Shown here piece after piece: positions 47,347-57,516 of a stretch of DNA of 64,000 nucleotides (position 1 is its first letter; every line of letters begins with the position of its first letter). The notes beneath the pieces were generated by a model. It saw nothing but the letters and a program-made list of their open reading frames with translations. It did not search any database and was not told where the DNA came from. Source of the stretch: Desulfobacterales bacterium (GTDB lineage Bacteria; Desulfobacterota; Desulfobacteria; Desulfobacterales; JAHEIW01); NCBI GenBank assembly GCA_020348305.1, contig CP070746.1, forward strand, positions 4,345,742 to 4,409,741, written 5' to 3'. The translations under genes were made by a program, and so were the position numbers.

Positions 47347-47507
47347 TTTCTAGCATCTCCACTCAATGAACGCTTTCAACAATTTGGAAATTCTGCAGTT
47401 CGAACTCTCACATTTAATATAGGTATCGTATTTAGATATAGCGGTCAACCATTTGGGTAATTAATTTTTCTACGCCCTCTTGCCCCTCTTCCTCCTGAAT
47501 ATCTTCT

Positions 47508-47542
47508 ATAAGAAGAAAAGGCGGCTCAATTTTGCCGCCTTG
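47508..47542 (-). terminator. intrinsic terminator after the AsmA-like gene
   Basis: The minus strand reads AAGGCGGC-aaaauuga-GCCGCCUU followed by UUCUUCUU. The 8-bp GC-rich stem lies ~40 nt after the stop. Confidence 0.6.
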
Positions 47543-47580
47543 ATAAGCATTTGACGAATAACTCCCAATAATTATTGATA

Positions 47581-50500
47581 CTACTCCTCTTGCTTTTCGT
47601 TTTTCGGTTTCTCATCGGGCAGCAGGGGTTGAATGATTGTTATCGGTAGTTTCAGTGTTCTTTCCATTATCCCAAGAATGCCGGAGCCCACCGCTGTGGG
47701 AGACAGAGGGATGACGACCGGATCATCTAAATCTCCTTTTGCTCTAAAGGGTATTGAGATAATTTTGCCTCCGAGAACTCCGCTTACCAACGGAATATGC
47801 TTTACAATTCGATCCACGGTCTTAAAGGGGGCTACCAGAATAATTAGATCAATCTTATTGTCCACAAGATCAATGTCACCTTCACAGGCAATTCCCATTG
47901 AAGCGCCATCAATCGCGCATTTCTGCATGACAAGCTTTTTGCCTTTAAAATCGGCTTTAATTTCCATGGTGTGATAAGCAAAACCTTCTCCAACCAGATC
48001 GGGTGCTTTGCCTCTGTAAATTTCGGTTATGTTTAGAACCGCAAATAGCTTTGACAACAATCCAAAACGATAAATTCGACCGTTATCCGCTGAGAAATCC
48101 AAATCTCCCGAAAAAAACCGAGTCGTTGCTTCAGGCTTTGCTTGTGCCATTATTTCACCGCCAAGGTTGAACTTACCTGAGGCCGAAGCCTTTTGGCTCC
48201 ATAAACATGAAAGCGTTGATTCCAATTGCTTATTCTGGGATTTTGGCACGATGTAAAATTCCACGCTGTGATCAGAGACTTTAATAGTCCCGTTGATGGT
48301 TACGCCACATAGATCTGCTTTTTCTATGGCAACCATTACTTCATGCGGCGTAAGCTTCACATCTACGTGTACGGGTTGAAAGATATAGCTGTTATATTTA
48401 AATTTTTCGGATTTAATCTTAAGCATCGCCCGGACGGCGGCTTCTTCAGTGATCTTGCTGGAGATATCTTTTTTGTCTTTTGCATAATCGAGAATTTTTT
48501 CAACTCGGACCCAATCGACACTATCGAGGGAAATGTTCAAATCGATCACAGTGTTGGTGGTTGAAAAGATTATATCTCCAATAAGGAGCAAATGGCTTTC
48601 TCCCCAAGTCAAAGGCATTGATGCCAATTTGATGCAATTATGCGGAACTCCTGAATAATCTCTTTCGGTTAGAATAAATTTTCCACTCGTCAACGTTATG
48701 GGGCTTTCAAGAAAATCGGATTTCACCATTATGTTTTGCATATCCCCCGTTGAAGCAAAACGCCAATTTGCGGGACGTCCGATGGGTCCTTTCATTTCAA
48801 AGTCATGCAAAAGGATGGTGCCCTGAGCCGTTGAAATGTGTTGGAATGTTTTTTGAAATTTTTCAAATGCCGATAGCCAGGGCCAGATTTCATCCAGAAA
48901 GATTGATGTGGATTTGGAGGTGGCTTCAACAGATGCGCCTTGGCCCCAATCGATTTTGGTGAAAAGTTTATGAAAGGTTGATTTTCCTAGCCGACCATGA
49001 AAGTTACTCAGGCTCATGCGTGTGTTTTGATAGGAAATCTGGCCGCTGTCGATTCGGATCGGTCCTGGAAAAAATTTAGAATTTAACACCGATGTATCGA
49101 AATTACCATCTAAATTGAACTGGCGTTTCTTACGACTCAAGATTGGTCCTTTCAACGTCAGCGTTTTAAATGCCAAGGTGCCTTTGATCGGTTTAAGTTT
49201 TTCGAGGCGGTCAAAATTGGCAAATGTTGACCGCCAAGAGTTAAGCTCATCCAGGAAAATTATTGTCGGCCCTGACATGATCGTTACACTGTTGGCCTTA
49301 CCCCAATCGAATTTGGCTGTTGATCCCGAAAATGACGATTTTCCGATTCCCACATCAAAATTACTTAACCCGATATGGCGTCCATCAAAGAAAAATGGCC
49401 CCCCCTCCATCTTCAATGGAAACGGAATTCTTCGATAGATGGCGTTTAAATGGACCTCGGAAGCTTCCACCTTTACGTCTGTCTCTTTCGTGTCTATGCC
49501 TAGGACCAAATTGCCTATGGCCGTTCCGTTGACCTTTTCAATAAAGGCAAGCTCGCTTAGAAAATCGTCATCTTCAACCACACGTTCAAGTACCGGTGGC
49601 AGTTGGGATAAGTCGGCCTGTATCTTGATATCCAGATGAAAGGGAGTTAGATTCTCGTTGAGGCCTAATGTTAATTTTCCATTTTGTCCATATGATTTGC
49701 CTGAACGAGCTTTCAGATTATGTCCTTTCAGCATACCATTTGAAATACGCACGGTTCCTTCAACCTGGTCGAGATCCAGATGTGCTGGGGGGATAAAAAT
49801 TTTTCCTTGGCGCATTCGTGCCCAAATAACCATGTTTTCTGGGTCAACTAAATCAGGAAGCCTATGCCCCTGTGATTTTAAGGTGATCAGCGGGATGCTT
49901 CCTCCCTGAATGATATCGAAAACATCTTTGACGATGCCGGTTTTGCCGCTCACTTCTAAAACCAAATTCCTGATTGCGTCTAGATTTATTTTTCGGCCTT
50001 CCAGGTCAAGGGTGATCTGTGGTTGATCTTGATCGATGAATAACGTTCCCGACCATTTCATTCTCGGATCATTCAAGCTCAACTCTTCAAATCTAACGCT
50101 CGCCGTATTTTTTTTTGTCTGTATGGCAGTTTTGATCGTATTGTCTTTAATCACCAGCTCTTTTGTGCCATGGGTTAAGATTAGATATGGAACGGATCCT
50201 TCCATATTTGCGTGAAACCAGGCGGGTCCGTCCGTTTCAAAATCAATGATCAGATTTGCCAGCGCATCTGTAAGCTTCAACGTTGAATTCGGGAAAAGAT
50301 ATTTAGATAATGTTTGCGGCCGAAATCTGGCTAATCGGATTTTTCCGCTACTTTGAAAGTCTTGGGCATCCAGCCACCCGTCGATGGTGATACTTTGCCA
50401 AAGATTTGAGGTGCACTTGAGGTTAAATTCGGTTCTGTTCGAGGGTCGTTTATAAATGGCCTGAATATTTTGAAACCCAAAGATGCGTTTTTCTTCACGC

Positions 50501-50997
50501 AATAGCGTAAGCGACCCATTTTTCAGCATCACGCTTAAGCCCGGCGCGTTAAATGCTGGAAAGGAAAGGATAAGCTCGTGAACCTCTTCTAAAACAGCTG
50601 TAAACGGGAGCCCAGTAAATATGGAGAAACGTTCAGAAAGCCTGATGGTATATTGCGGTTCTAGGGCACTCAATTTTGCCAATTGGAAGCTCCCACGAAT
50701 CAACGGCAAAACTTTGGGATAGATTTGCAGCGCAGTCATTTTTCCCGTAATCTGATTGGGTAAAGAAAACGTGACGTTATGAATGAGGGCATGGGGACGA
50801 GGAAAAAAAGAAAGATCAATATGGGTAAAATCAATTTTGCCATCTATATCTTCTGAAAACTTTTGCTCGATTATATCTTGGACCGTTTCCAAATTAATCA
50901 GTCTGGGCGCAAGAAGAGTAATAATCAAAAGCAGAGCCACGAGAATGCCTGTAATCCCAACGATCCAACGAAATATTTTCATGGGGTTTTTCATCAA
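47581..50997 (-). CDS. AsmA/YhdP-like large envelope protein (predicted intermembrane lipid-transfer family)
   Basis: 1138 aa. N-terminal anchor IFRWIVGITGILVALLLIITLLAPRLIN. Long beta-rich body. AsmA-like C-terminus GDIDLVDNKIDLIILVAPFKTVDRIV...IPFRAKGDLDDPVV. Confidence 0.6.
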   Translation of the reverse strand: MMKNPMKIFRWIVGITGILVALLLIITLLAPRLINLETVQDIIEQKFSEDIDGKIDFTHIDLSFFPRPHALIHNVTFSLPNQITGKMTALQIYPKVLPLIRGSFQLAKLSALEPQYTIRLSERFSIFTGLPFTAVLEEVHELILSFPAFNAPGLSVMLKNGSLTLLREEKRIFGFQNIQAIYKRPSNRTEFNLKCTSNLWQSITIDGWLDAQDFQSSGKIRLARFRPQTLSKYLFPNSTLKLTDALANLIIDFETDGPAWFHANMEGSVPYLILTHGTKELVIKDNTIKTAIQTKKNTASVRFEELSLNDPRMKWSGTLFIDQDQPQITLDLEGRKINLDAIRNLVLEVSGKTGIVKDVFDIIQGGSIPLITLKSQGHRLPDLVDPENMVIWARMRQGKIFIPPAHLDLDQVEGTVRISNGMLKGHNLKARSGKSYGQNGKLTLGLNENLTPFHLDIKIQADLSQLPPVLERVVEDDDFLSELAFIEKVNGTAIGNLVLGIDTKETDVKVEASEVHLNAIYRRIPFPLKMEGGPFFFDGRHIGLSNFDVGIGKSSFSGSTAKFDWGKANSVTIMSGPTIIFLDELNSWRSTFANFDRLEKLKPIKGTLAFKTLTLKGPILSRKKRQFNLDGNFDTSVLNSKFFPGPIRIDSGQISYQNTRMSLSNFHGRLGKSTFHKLFTKIDWGQGASVEATSKSTSIFLDEIWPWLSAFEKFQKTFQHISTAQGTILLHDFEMKGPIGRPANWRFASTGDMQNIMVKSDFLESPITLTSGKFILTERDYSGVPHNCIKLASMPLTWGESHLLLIGDIIFSTTNTVIDLNISLDSVDWVRVEKILDYAKDKKDISSKITEEAAVRAMLKIKSEKFKYNSYIFQPVHVDVKLTPHEVMVAIEKADLCGVTINGTIKVSDHSVEFYIVPKSQNKQLESTLSCLWSQKASASGKFNLGGEIMAQAKPEATTRFFSGDLDFSADNGRIYRFGLLSKLFAVLNITEIYRGKAPDLVGEGFAYHTMEIKADFKGKKLVMQKCAIDGASMGIACEGDIDLVDNKIDLIILVAPFKTVDRIVKHIPLVSGVLGGKIISIPFRAKGDLDDPVVIPLSPTAVGSGILGIMERTLKLPITIIQPLLPDEKPKNEKQEE

Positions 50998-51269
50998 AAT
51001 TCTTCCTTTAACGTTTGAACATGCACTCCAATCACATCCCTTTTTTTATCGACTTGCTGACAGAGAGATGGTGTTTGTATAGGAAGCCTTTCTTGACAGG
51101 GGCAGGTCGCATAATTACTTTACCCTACAATATTGTATGCAGGTCAATTCAAATACCTAAAATTAATGCCTTTTATCTGCAGCGTCAAAGCTCAGAAAAA
51201 TCTATATTTATTTTATAGAATTATTTGTTGCAAGGCAAATGAATATGAGAACAACGGAGATTGAAAGAA

Positions 51270-52298
51270 ATGAAGGCGATGGTGTTGACTCACATTTGCA
51301 ATCTCAACAAAAATAAAAATCCGCTGGAATTGGTTGAAATGCCGGTTCCTGAGCCAGAAGATCATGAAGTTTTAGTTCGGGTATCAACCTGTGGCGTATG
51401 CCATACCGAGTTGGATGAAATCGAGGGCCGCACCCTCCCGCCTCATTTTCCAGTTGTATTAGGTCATCAAGTGGTTGGAAAGGTTGAAAAGTTAGGTCGC
51501 AAGGCCAGAAGATTCAAGATTGGCGATAGGGTGGGCATCGCCTGGATTTATTCAGCCTGCGGCAAATGCTCATTTTGTAAAAGCGAAAACGAGAACCTTT
51601 GCGAACAATTTCAAGCCACCGGCCGAGATGCTCACGGAGGATATGCAGAATATACAATAGTATTAGAGGATTTTGCCCATTTTATTCCTGAAAAATTTAC
51701 TGATTCCCAGACCGCTCCGTTATTGTGTGCCGGAGCTATCGGTTACCGGTCTCTGCGATTGACCGGAATGAAGGATGGTCAAAATTTAGGATTGACCGGA
51801 TTTGGTGCCTCGGCACATTTAGTATTAAAAATAGCAAGACACAAATTTCCCAATTCGAAGGTCTTTGTATTTGCCAGAAGCAAAAAGGAACGCGATTTTG
51901 CCCTCGATCTTGGTGCGTTTTGGGCCGGAGATACCGAAAACCGATCCTCCCAACAGCTGGATTGCATAATTGATACCACGCCGGCTTGGAAGCCGGTGGT
52001 GGAAGCGTTGGCCAATTTAAACAGCGGGGGGCGATTGATTATCAACGCAATACGCAAAGAAGAATTTGACAAGGATTACCTGCTCAATTTAGATTATCCG
52101 GCCCATTTGTGGTTGGAAAAAGAGATTAAAAGTGTTGCAAATGTGGCTCGAAGAGACGTCAGTGAATTTTTACAACTTGCTTCCGAAATTCCGATCGTTC
52201 CGGAGGTGCAGGAATTTGCATTGGAAGAGGCCAATCAGGCGTTAGTTGAGCTAAAGGAACGAAAAATTAGAGGGGCTAAGGTATTAAAAATTTATTGA
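51270..52298 (+). CDS. zinc-dependent alcohol dehydrogenase family oxidoreductase
   Basis: MKAMVL..., CGVCHTELDEIEG, structural-Zn Cys cluster CGKCSFCKSENENLC, and Rossmann motif GLTGFGASAH. Confidence 0.85.
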   Translation: MKAMVLTHICNLNKNKNPLELVEMPVPEPEDHEVLVRVSTCGVCHTELDEIEGRTLPPHFPVVLGHQVVGKVEKLGRKARRFKIGDRVGIAWIYSACGKCSFCKSENENLCEQFQATGRDAHGGYAEYTIVLEDFAHFIPEKFTDSQTAPLLCAGAIGYRSLRLTGMKDGQNLGLTGFGASAHLVLKIARHKFPNSKVFVFARSKKERDFALDLGAFWAGDTENRSSQQLDCIIDTTPAWKPVVEALANLNSGGRLIINAIRKEEFDKDYLLNLDYPAHLWLEKEIKSVANVARRDVSEFLQLASEIPIVPEVQEFALEEANQALVELKERKIRGAKVLKIY

Positions 52299-52362
52299 AC
52301 TAAAGAAATTAAATGATTATGGTATAAGCAAATTTAATCATTAGCAAGAGGAGGAATCCGGC

Positions 52363-52875
52363 ATGTACAATAAGACGGTCATGGATCATTTTCGGAATCC
52401 GAGAAATGTTGGGGTGATTGAAGACGCTGACGGAATTGGTGAAGTGGGAAATCCTTTATGCGGTGATATGATGACGATCTACTTAAGAATTGGTGAAGAG
52501 CGCATCGAAGATATAAAATTTCAGACTTTTGGATGCGGATCGGCTATTGCGGTTTCCAGTATGCTGACAGAAATTGCCAAAGGCAAAAGCATTGAAGACG
52601 CTAAAAAAATAACCAATAAAGATGTCGCCGAGGCCTTAGAAGGTTTGCCAAAAAATAAACTTCACTGCTCCAACTTAGGGGCAGATGCCCTGCAGATGGC
52701 CATAAAAAATTATGAAGATAAAAAAGCGGGAATAACTCGGCCTGAACCGAAGCGTAAAGATGAACACGAGCATTCACACGGAGATAAATGTTATTGCCCC
52801 TATTGTGATATTGAGCTTTCCGAAGATGCGACCTTTTGTGATGCATGTCAGTCGAGTCTTGAGGAAGAGCACTAA
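52363..52875 (+). CDS. IscU/NifU-N-type Fe-S scaffold with C-terminal zinc-ribbon-like extension
   Basis: Three scaffold cysteines in context (NPLCGDMM, FGCGSAIA, LHCSNLG). Extra tail CYCPYCDIELSEDATFCDACQ. Confidence 0.85.
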   Translation: MYNKTVMDHFRNPRNVGVIEDADGIGEVGNPLCGDMMTIYLRIGEERIEDIKFQTFGCGSAIAVSSMLTEIAKGKSIEDAKKITNKDVAEALEGLPKNKLHCSNLGADALQMAIKNYEDKKAGITRPEPKRKDEHEHSHGDKCYCPYCDIELSEDATFCDACQSSLEEEH

Positions 52876-52901
52876 AGCGGATCGCAGGAAAGGTATCGAG
52901 C

Positions 52902-54077
52902 ATGAAAATTATTAATCTGGATCACATTTCATCCAAGCCGCTTCTTTCAGAAGCTAAAAAAGCGATGATTGCCGCAATAGAAAAGGATTATCATAACCCA
53001 TCGAGTCAACATAAATCCGGCGAGGAGGCTGCTGAAGTGTTAGACAATGCACGAGAATCGGTAGCTCAACTTATCAACTGCGCGACGCCTAAAGAGATTG
53101 TCTTTACATCAGGAGGCACTGAATCGGTAAATCATGCCATCAAAGGCGTGGCCATGGCCAACGCTGAAAAAGGCAAACACATCGTGACCTCCAATATTGA
53201 ACACAATGCCGTCATCCGCAGTCTGCGAAGGCTGAAAACCGCCGGATTTAAAGTAACCTCACTTTCAGTGGACGCCGGCGGCCGGGTCAATCCCCAAGAA
53301 GTTGCCGATGCCATTACGGATGAAACCGTACTTGTATCGATTATGCACAGCAACAATGAAACCGGAACCATTCAACCCATTGAAGACATCGCTAAAATTG
53401 CTCGAGAAAAAAAGGTGATTTTCCATACGGATGCCGTGGATTCGGTGGGTGTCGTACCCATCGATGTGCAAGCCTTAGGCGTTGATTTGCTTAGTTTTGC
53501 ATCCAACACGTTTTATGGTCCAACCGGAGTCGGTGGCCTCTACATACGTCGCGGAACCCGTGTTTTTCCACTCTTGGATGGCGGTATTCAGGAAAATAAT
53601 AAGCGCGCCGGTACTGAAAATTTAATTGGTATTATCGGAATGGGCAAAGCCGCCGAGCTTGCCGAGCGAGATTTAAAACCACGCTTAAACCATCTGAAGA
53701 ACCTTAAAAGTAAACTGCTCGCCGAACTGCCCAACTATATCGATGAATATATCCTTAATACCCATCCCGAATTCAGCTTGCCTAATTTGGTGTCCTTATC
53801 CATCAAGTATATAGAAGGCGAAAGTGTAATGCTAATGCTGGATGATGACGACATCGCGGTATCAACACGATCTGCCTGCGCCACAGGTTCCCTGCGCGCG
53901 TCTCATGTTTTGCTTTCATTGGGACTCAGTCATGCCGATGCCCAAGGAACCTTAGTCATTTCATTCGGTATTGATACCACCGAAGAAGACATACTTGCCT
54001 TTTTAAGTTCCTTGAAGAGCGTCGTAACTACGTTGCGCGATATCTCACCTTTATATTCAAAAGCCCGGCTCACTTAA
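52902..54077 (+). CDS. NifS/IscS-like class-V aminotransferase-fold protein lacking the PLP-binding lysine
   Basis: GGTESVNHAIKG, HSNNETGTIQPI, HTDAVDSVG and the catalytic-loop Cys (STRSACATGSL) are present. The canonical S-x-H-K-x-YGPKG reads SFASNTFYGPTG, with codons AAC ACG at 53505-53510. Confidence 0.8.
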   Translation: MKIINLDHISSKPLLSEAKKAMIAAIEKDYHNPSSQHKSGEEAAEVLDNARESVAQLINCATPKEIVFTSGGTESVNHAIKGVAMANAEKGKHIVTSNIEHNAVIRSLRRLKTAGFKVTSLSVDAGGRVNPQEVADAITDETVLVSIMHSNNETGTIQPIEDIAKIAREKKVIFHTDAVDSVGVVPIDVQALGVDLLSFASNTFYGPTGVGGLYIRRGTRVFPLLDGGIQENNKRAGTENLIGIIGMGKAAELAERDLKPRLNHLKNLKSKLLAELPNYIDEYILNTHPEFSLPNLVSLSIKYIEGESVMLMLDDDDIAVSTRSACATGSLRASHVLLSLGLSHADAQGTLVISFGIDTTEEDILAFLSSLKSVVTTLRDISPLYSKARLT

Positions 54078-54256
54078 GATTTCGTCGATTTCGCGGGTTT
54101 GTATATTCTTGTAATAATGTTGCGATTGACTTTGTGTCTTAATTGAAGGGCGTTGGAGGGTCTTTTGCTCGTTAAGATATAGAAGGTGAAAAACGAGTAA
54201 AGAAGCGTGGCTAATGAACGGCAATCATATTAACTTTTGCGATGATTTTGGTGTTT

Positions 54257-54604
54257 TTATTTTTTAAGTGCCACGGTTCTGTCACCGAAGTCCTGGGCGG
54301 GTTTTTGGCCCCCCTTTTTTTTATGGCTAATTATCAGTGAATGCTTTCCGATATGGACAACCACATTATCATTTAGTACGGCCCTGGCAACGCGTTTGTC
54401 ATTGATAAAGGTTCCGTTGGTACTGTTGAGATCTTCGATCAGATATGCTCCATCTTGCCTGATGATTTTTGCGTGCTGTTTGGAAACTCCTAAATTATCA
54501 ATATGTATGTCATTGGTGGGATTTCTGCCGATGGTTATCTCCGCTTTGTCGGTTTCAATCGTTTTGATTTCTGAATCTTTAAACTTCAATAATATTTTTA
54601 ACAT
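54257..54604 (-). CDS. FHA-domain protein
   Basis: 115 aa; ITIGRNPTNDIHIDNLGVSKQHAKIIRQDGAYLIEDLNSTNGTFINDKRV. Confidence 0.9.
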   Translation of the reverse strand: MLKILLKFKDSEIKTIETDKAEITIGRNPTNDIHIDNLGVSKQHAKIIRQDGAYLIEDLNSTNGTFINDKRVARAVLNDNVVVHIGKHSLIISHKKKGGQKPAQDFGDRTVALKK

Positions 54605-54764
54605 GATGACCTCCAGATTATTGGAACAATTCGGATATCAGAAACATCCTATCTTTATTGCAAATTCTTTATTACTAAAAATTCTATCAGCATCTTTCGA
54701 CAATGGCAAGGAAATAAAAATTTAATAAATAATTTTAGATACTTATATTATTAGACCAGAATCT

Positions 54765-57299
54765 CTAAGCCAGCTGTTCTTGGCATGGGTGTAGTTGTTT
54801 CGCGACTTGAGCAGCGGTTTTAAAGCGTTTGCTAATCCCTTTGGCCAACAATTTATCGACGATTTGCGAACAGCATTCCGGAGTTTTGGGTGCAATTTCG
54901 GCCAGCGAGACATGAGCGGTATTGGCGATCGCATACATCAGGGAGGTAATGTTTTCGCCCTGGAACGGCTTTTTTCCGCTTAAAAGTTCGTAGAATACAA
55001 CACCCAACGAAAAGAGATCCGATTGACCGTCGACCTTCTTTCCCGCAACTTGCTCGGGAGACATATAGTTCGGAGTCCCGAATATAACCCCGGTTTGGGT
55101 TTTGGTTGATGAAGACATTACCCGTGCGATCCCAAAGTCGGCGACTTTAACTTGATCATCATCCTGGAGAATAATATTGGCGGGTTTGATGTCGCGATGC
55201 ACCACACCTTGGTTGTGGGCATAATCAAGGGCTTGGGCCACCGAGTCGATCACATGCAGAACGCGTTTGAAGGAGAGCAATTTTCCTTTTTGGCAATAGT
55301 GGCTTAGGTCTTTTCCTTTGAGCAGTTCCATGGCGATGTAAGCCATGTCGTGATCCTCTCCGACGTCATAAATCGTAACAATATTCGGATGAGACAACTT
55401 GCCGGCCGCTTCTGCTTCCCGGAAAAACTGAGATTTTACCTCGTCCAATTCGGCCGGCTCTATAGCAGCATAAGTTAGGGTTTTGATGGCCACCTCACGA
55501 TTGATGCTTGGATCTTTGCCAAGGTAAACGATGCCCATCGCGCCTTGTCCGAGTTCCTTAATAATTTCATACCGCCCGAGGGTGGGTTTGGTGGTCGACT
55601 TATCAAGTAGAAGAGGTTCATTTTTAGAAGTAAAACCGGTCGGTAGAACCGCCGTTTCCTCAATTATTTTAAGGTTTGTTATCCTTTCTTGAATATCTTT
55701 AAACCTCCCGGCTTTCGCGATATGTCGATAGACAGCCAGTGCTTTGTTGAACATTCGTTTACGCTCAAAATCCAGTCCTAAATTATACAACAGCTCCTTT
55801 ACGGAAGTGTCTTCAATCGGACATTTTAGGAATTTTTCAAAGGCCATATCGAGCATCCCCTGACTTTGCAGAGATAAGCCTAAGGACTTGTTTAATTCAG
55901 CTTGTTCTTTTTGTTTTTCTGAAGATAGTCGGTTATGTCTAGTAAGACCAAATCCAACTAATGAAAGAAGAATGGGAGCTGTTATGTAAAGCCAGTATCC
56001 ATATGCTAAAAAAAGCAGGCTGGTAATGACAACCCAGGTGATTAAAAATATCCCGAGTATCAGCATCCCGATCCGTAAGTTTACCTTCGGTATGACCAAG
56101 ACGAGAAAAAGCGTGAAATAAAGCAGTAAGAGAACTTCCAGGGCAATTGCCCAAGTGGGTCGGGATATATGCTTGTGGTTGATGAGATTTTCAATGGCAA
56201 TTGCGGCGATCTCGATTTCTGACAGGTTGGAATGAAGCGTTGTTTTATAACGGGGAGACATCCCACTGGCGGTTACGCCAATTAATACGATCTTATTTTT
56301 AAATGCGTGTCCCGCAATGTTCCCATTGAGCACATCAGTAAAGGAGAATCTTCGGATGCTCTCCTGCTGTTTATCATAATCAATGAACATTCGATAATAA
56401 CTGTCGGTGGGAATATGCAAATGCCTGAGTTTCAGTCCGTTGTCACTCGGTTGGAGATTTTTGAGACGAATACCGAAATACTTTCTGCTCACCTGCAGTG
56501 CAAAGGACGGAAAGTCTCGGTCCTGGTAGTGAATGATTAGCGGTATTTTGCGGACGATATTGTCATCATCCGCAATCAGATTTATGTGGCCCAGGGCACC
56601 GGCCTTGGTCGATAACTCGCCGAAAGGTTGGATCACGCGTTCGGCGGTAATGGATTTATTTCTAAATTTTTCCGATAGTATCCCCGATGAATTTGCCGAA
56701 CCTTCCTGGTTGTCGAGGTTCGCATGCAAATCAACGGAATTCATGCGAAGCCATCCGGAAACTTTCATTGTCGCTTCACTTTCAGCGGTGTCGATGACAA
56801 ATCGTAAGGGTAAAACGACGTTTCGGGCAGACTTAATGGCAGCCAGCAGTTGGTTGTCGTTATTCAGTTTTCTTTGTACTTGCGCGAGTGTATTATCGAT
56901 TTTAAGGAGCGCTTTCTTTTTCGCCGCCAATGGCTTTTTCCAAAGTGATTCTCTGATCTTTTTAATTTCTTCAAAACCATCATTGAACTCTTTGGCGGGA
57001 TATAACAGATTAATACCGAGGGTATGGGTGCCATAATGGGAGAGTTGCCGAATCATATCAGCGATATATGAGCGGGGCCAGGGCCAACTACCGATATTTT
57101 TTATGCTTTTATCATCTATGGCCACAATAACCACTGGCTTGGCGGCTTGTTTTTGCCGTAGACGGGCCATTATGTCATATACCTTATACTCCAGGGATTG
57201 CAGTGGATAGATGTCAAACAGCAACCCACCCAGAAGTATTAAGGCTAGCAGAATGAATAATGTTCTGCTAGAATAAAAAACCTTTTTAATCATTTGCAT
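54765..57299 (-). CDS. CHASE2-domain transmembrane Ser/Thr protein kinase
   Basis: 844 aa. N-terminal CHASE2 (VVIVAIDDKSIKNIGSWPWPRSYIA), TM helices, a TPR-like linker, and a Hanks kinase (LGQGAMGIVYLGKD, HRDIKPANIIL, DFGIA, SPEQ). Confidence 0.85.
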   Translation of the reverse strand: MQMIKKVFYSSRTLFILLALILLGGLLFDIYPLQSLEYKVYDIMARLRQKQAAKPVVIVAIDDKSIKNIGSWPWPRSYIADMIRQLSHYGTHTLGINLLYPAKEFNDGFEEIKKIRESLWKKPLAAKKKALLKIDNTLAQVQRKLNNDNQLLAAIKSARNVVLPLRFVIDTAESEATMKVSGWLRMNSVDLHANLDNQEGSANSSGILSEKFRNKSITAERVIQPFGELSTKAGALGHINLIADDDNIVRKIPLIIHYQDRDFPSFALQVSRKYFGIRLKNLQPSDNGLKLRHLHIPTDSYYRMFIDYDKQQESIRRFSFTDVLNGNIAGHAFKNKIVLIGVTASGMSPRYKTTLHSNLSEIEIAAIAIENLINHKHISRPTWAIALEVLLLLYFTLFLVLVIPKVNLRIGMLILGIFLITWVVITSLLFLAYGYWLYITAPILLSLVGFGLTRHNRLSSEKQKEQAELNKSLGLSLQSQGMLDMAFEKFLKCPIEDTSVKELLYNLGLDFERKRMFNKALAVYRHIAKAGRFKDIQERITNLKIIEETAVLPTGFTSKNEPLLLDKSTTKPTLGRYEIIKELGQGAMGIVYLGKDPSINREVAIKTLTYAAIEPAELDEVKSQFFREAEAAGKLSHPNIVTIYDVGEDHDMAYIAMELLKGKDLSHYCQKGKLLSFKRVLHVIDSVAQALDYAHNQGVVHRDIKPANIILQDDDQVKVADFGIARVMSSSTKTQTGVIFGTPNYMSPEQVAGKKVDGQSDLFSLGVVFYELLSGKKPFQGENITSLMYAIANTAHVSLAEIAPKTPECCSQIVDKLLAKGISKRFKTAAQVAKQLHPCQEQLA

Positions 57300-57327
57300 T
57301 TATTTGCTTTTTGGTTCTTTATTCATT

Positions 57328-57373
57328 TTCAAATAAAAAACCGAACCACCTTTTCCCAAGGCAACCCGGTTTT
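57328..57373 (-). terminator. terminator-like hairpin + U-tract inside the kinase leader (possible attenuator)
   Basis: The minus strand reads AAAACCGGGUUGCC-uugggaaaa-GGUGGUUCGGUUUU followed by UUAUUU (several G-U pairs). It lies ~30 nt upstream of the kinase ATG and downstream of the predicted promoter. Confidence 0.4.
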
Positions 57374-57516
57374 CTCCTCCCCTTTGGCCGTGGCCGTCCT
57401 TCTGCTGGAAGCAGTAAAATCCTTCGGCTTTCCAGTTCCTGATTTTTCCGGATTTTGCGTAATCTGATTTTATAATAAATTGATAAACTGTTATTGTGTG
57501 GTGATGAATTAAAGTA

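Noticed and set aside
46832-47353. 173-aa + strand ORF
   Set aside because: It is antisense to fabH.
56533-57036. 167-aa + strand ORF
   Set aside because: It is antisense to the CHASE2 domain of the kinase gene.
57380-57500. c-di-GMP or another known riboswitch class in the kinase leader
   Set aside because: A few short matches (acgcaaaa, ggaagcag) occur, but I could not assemble the conserved helices and loops of GEMM-I or SRP-like motifs. This stays unresolved without a covariance-model scan.
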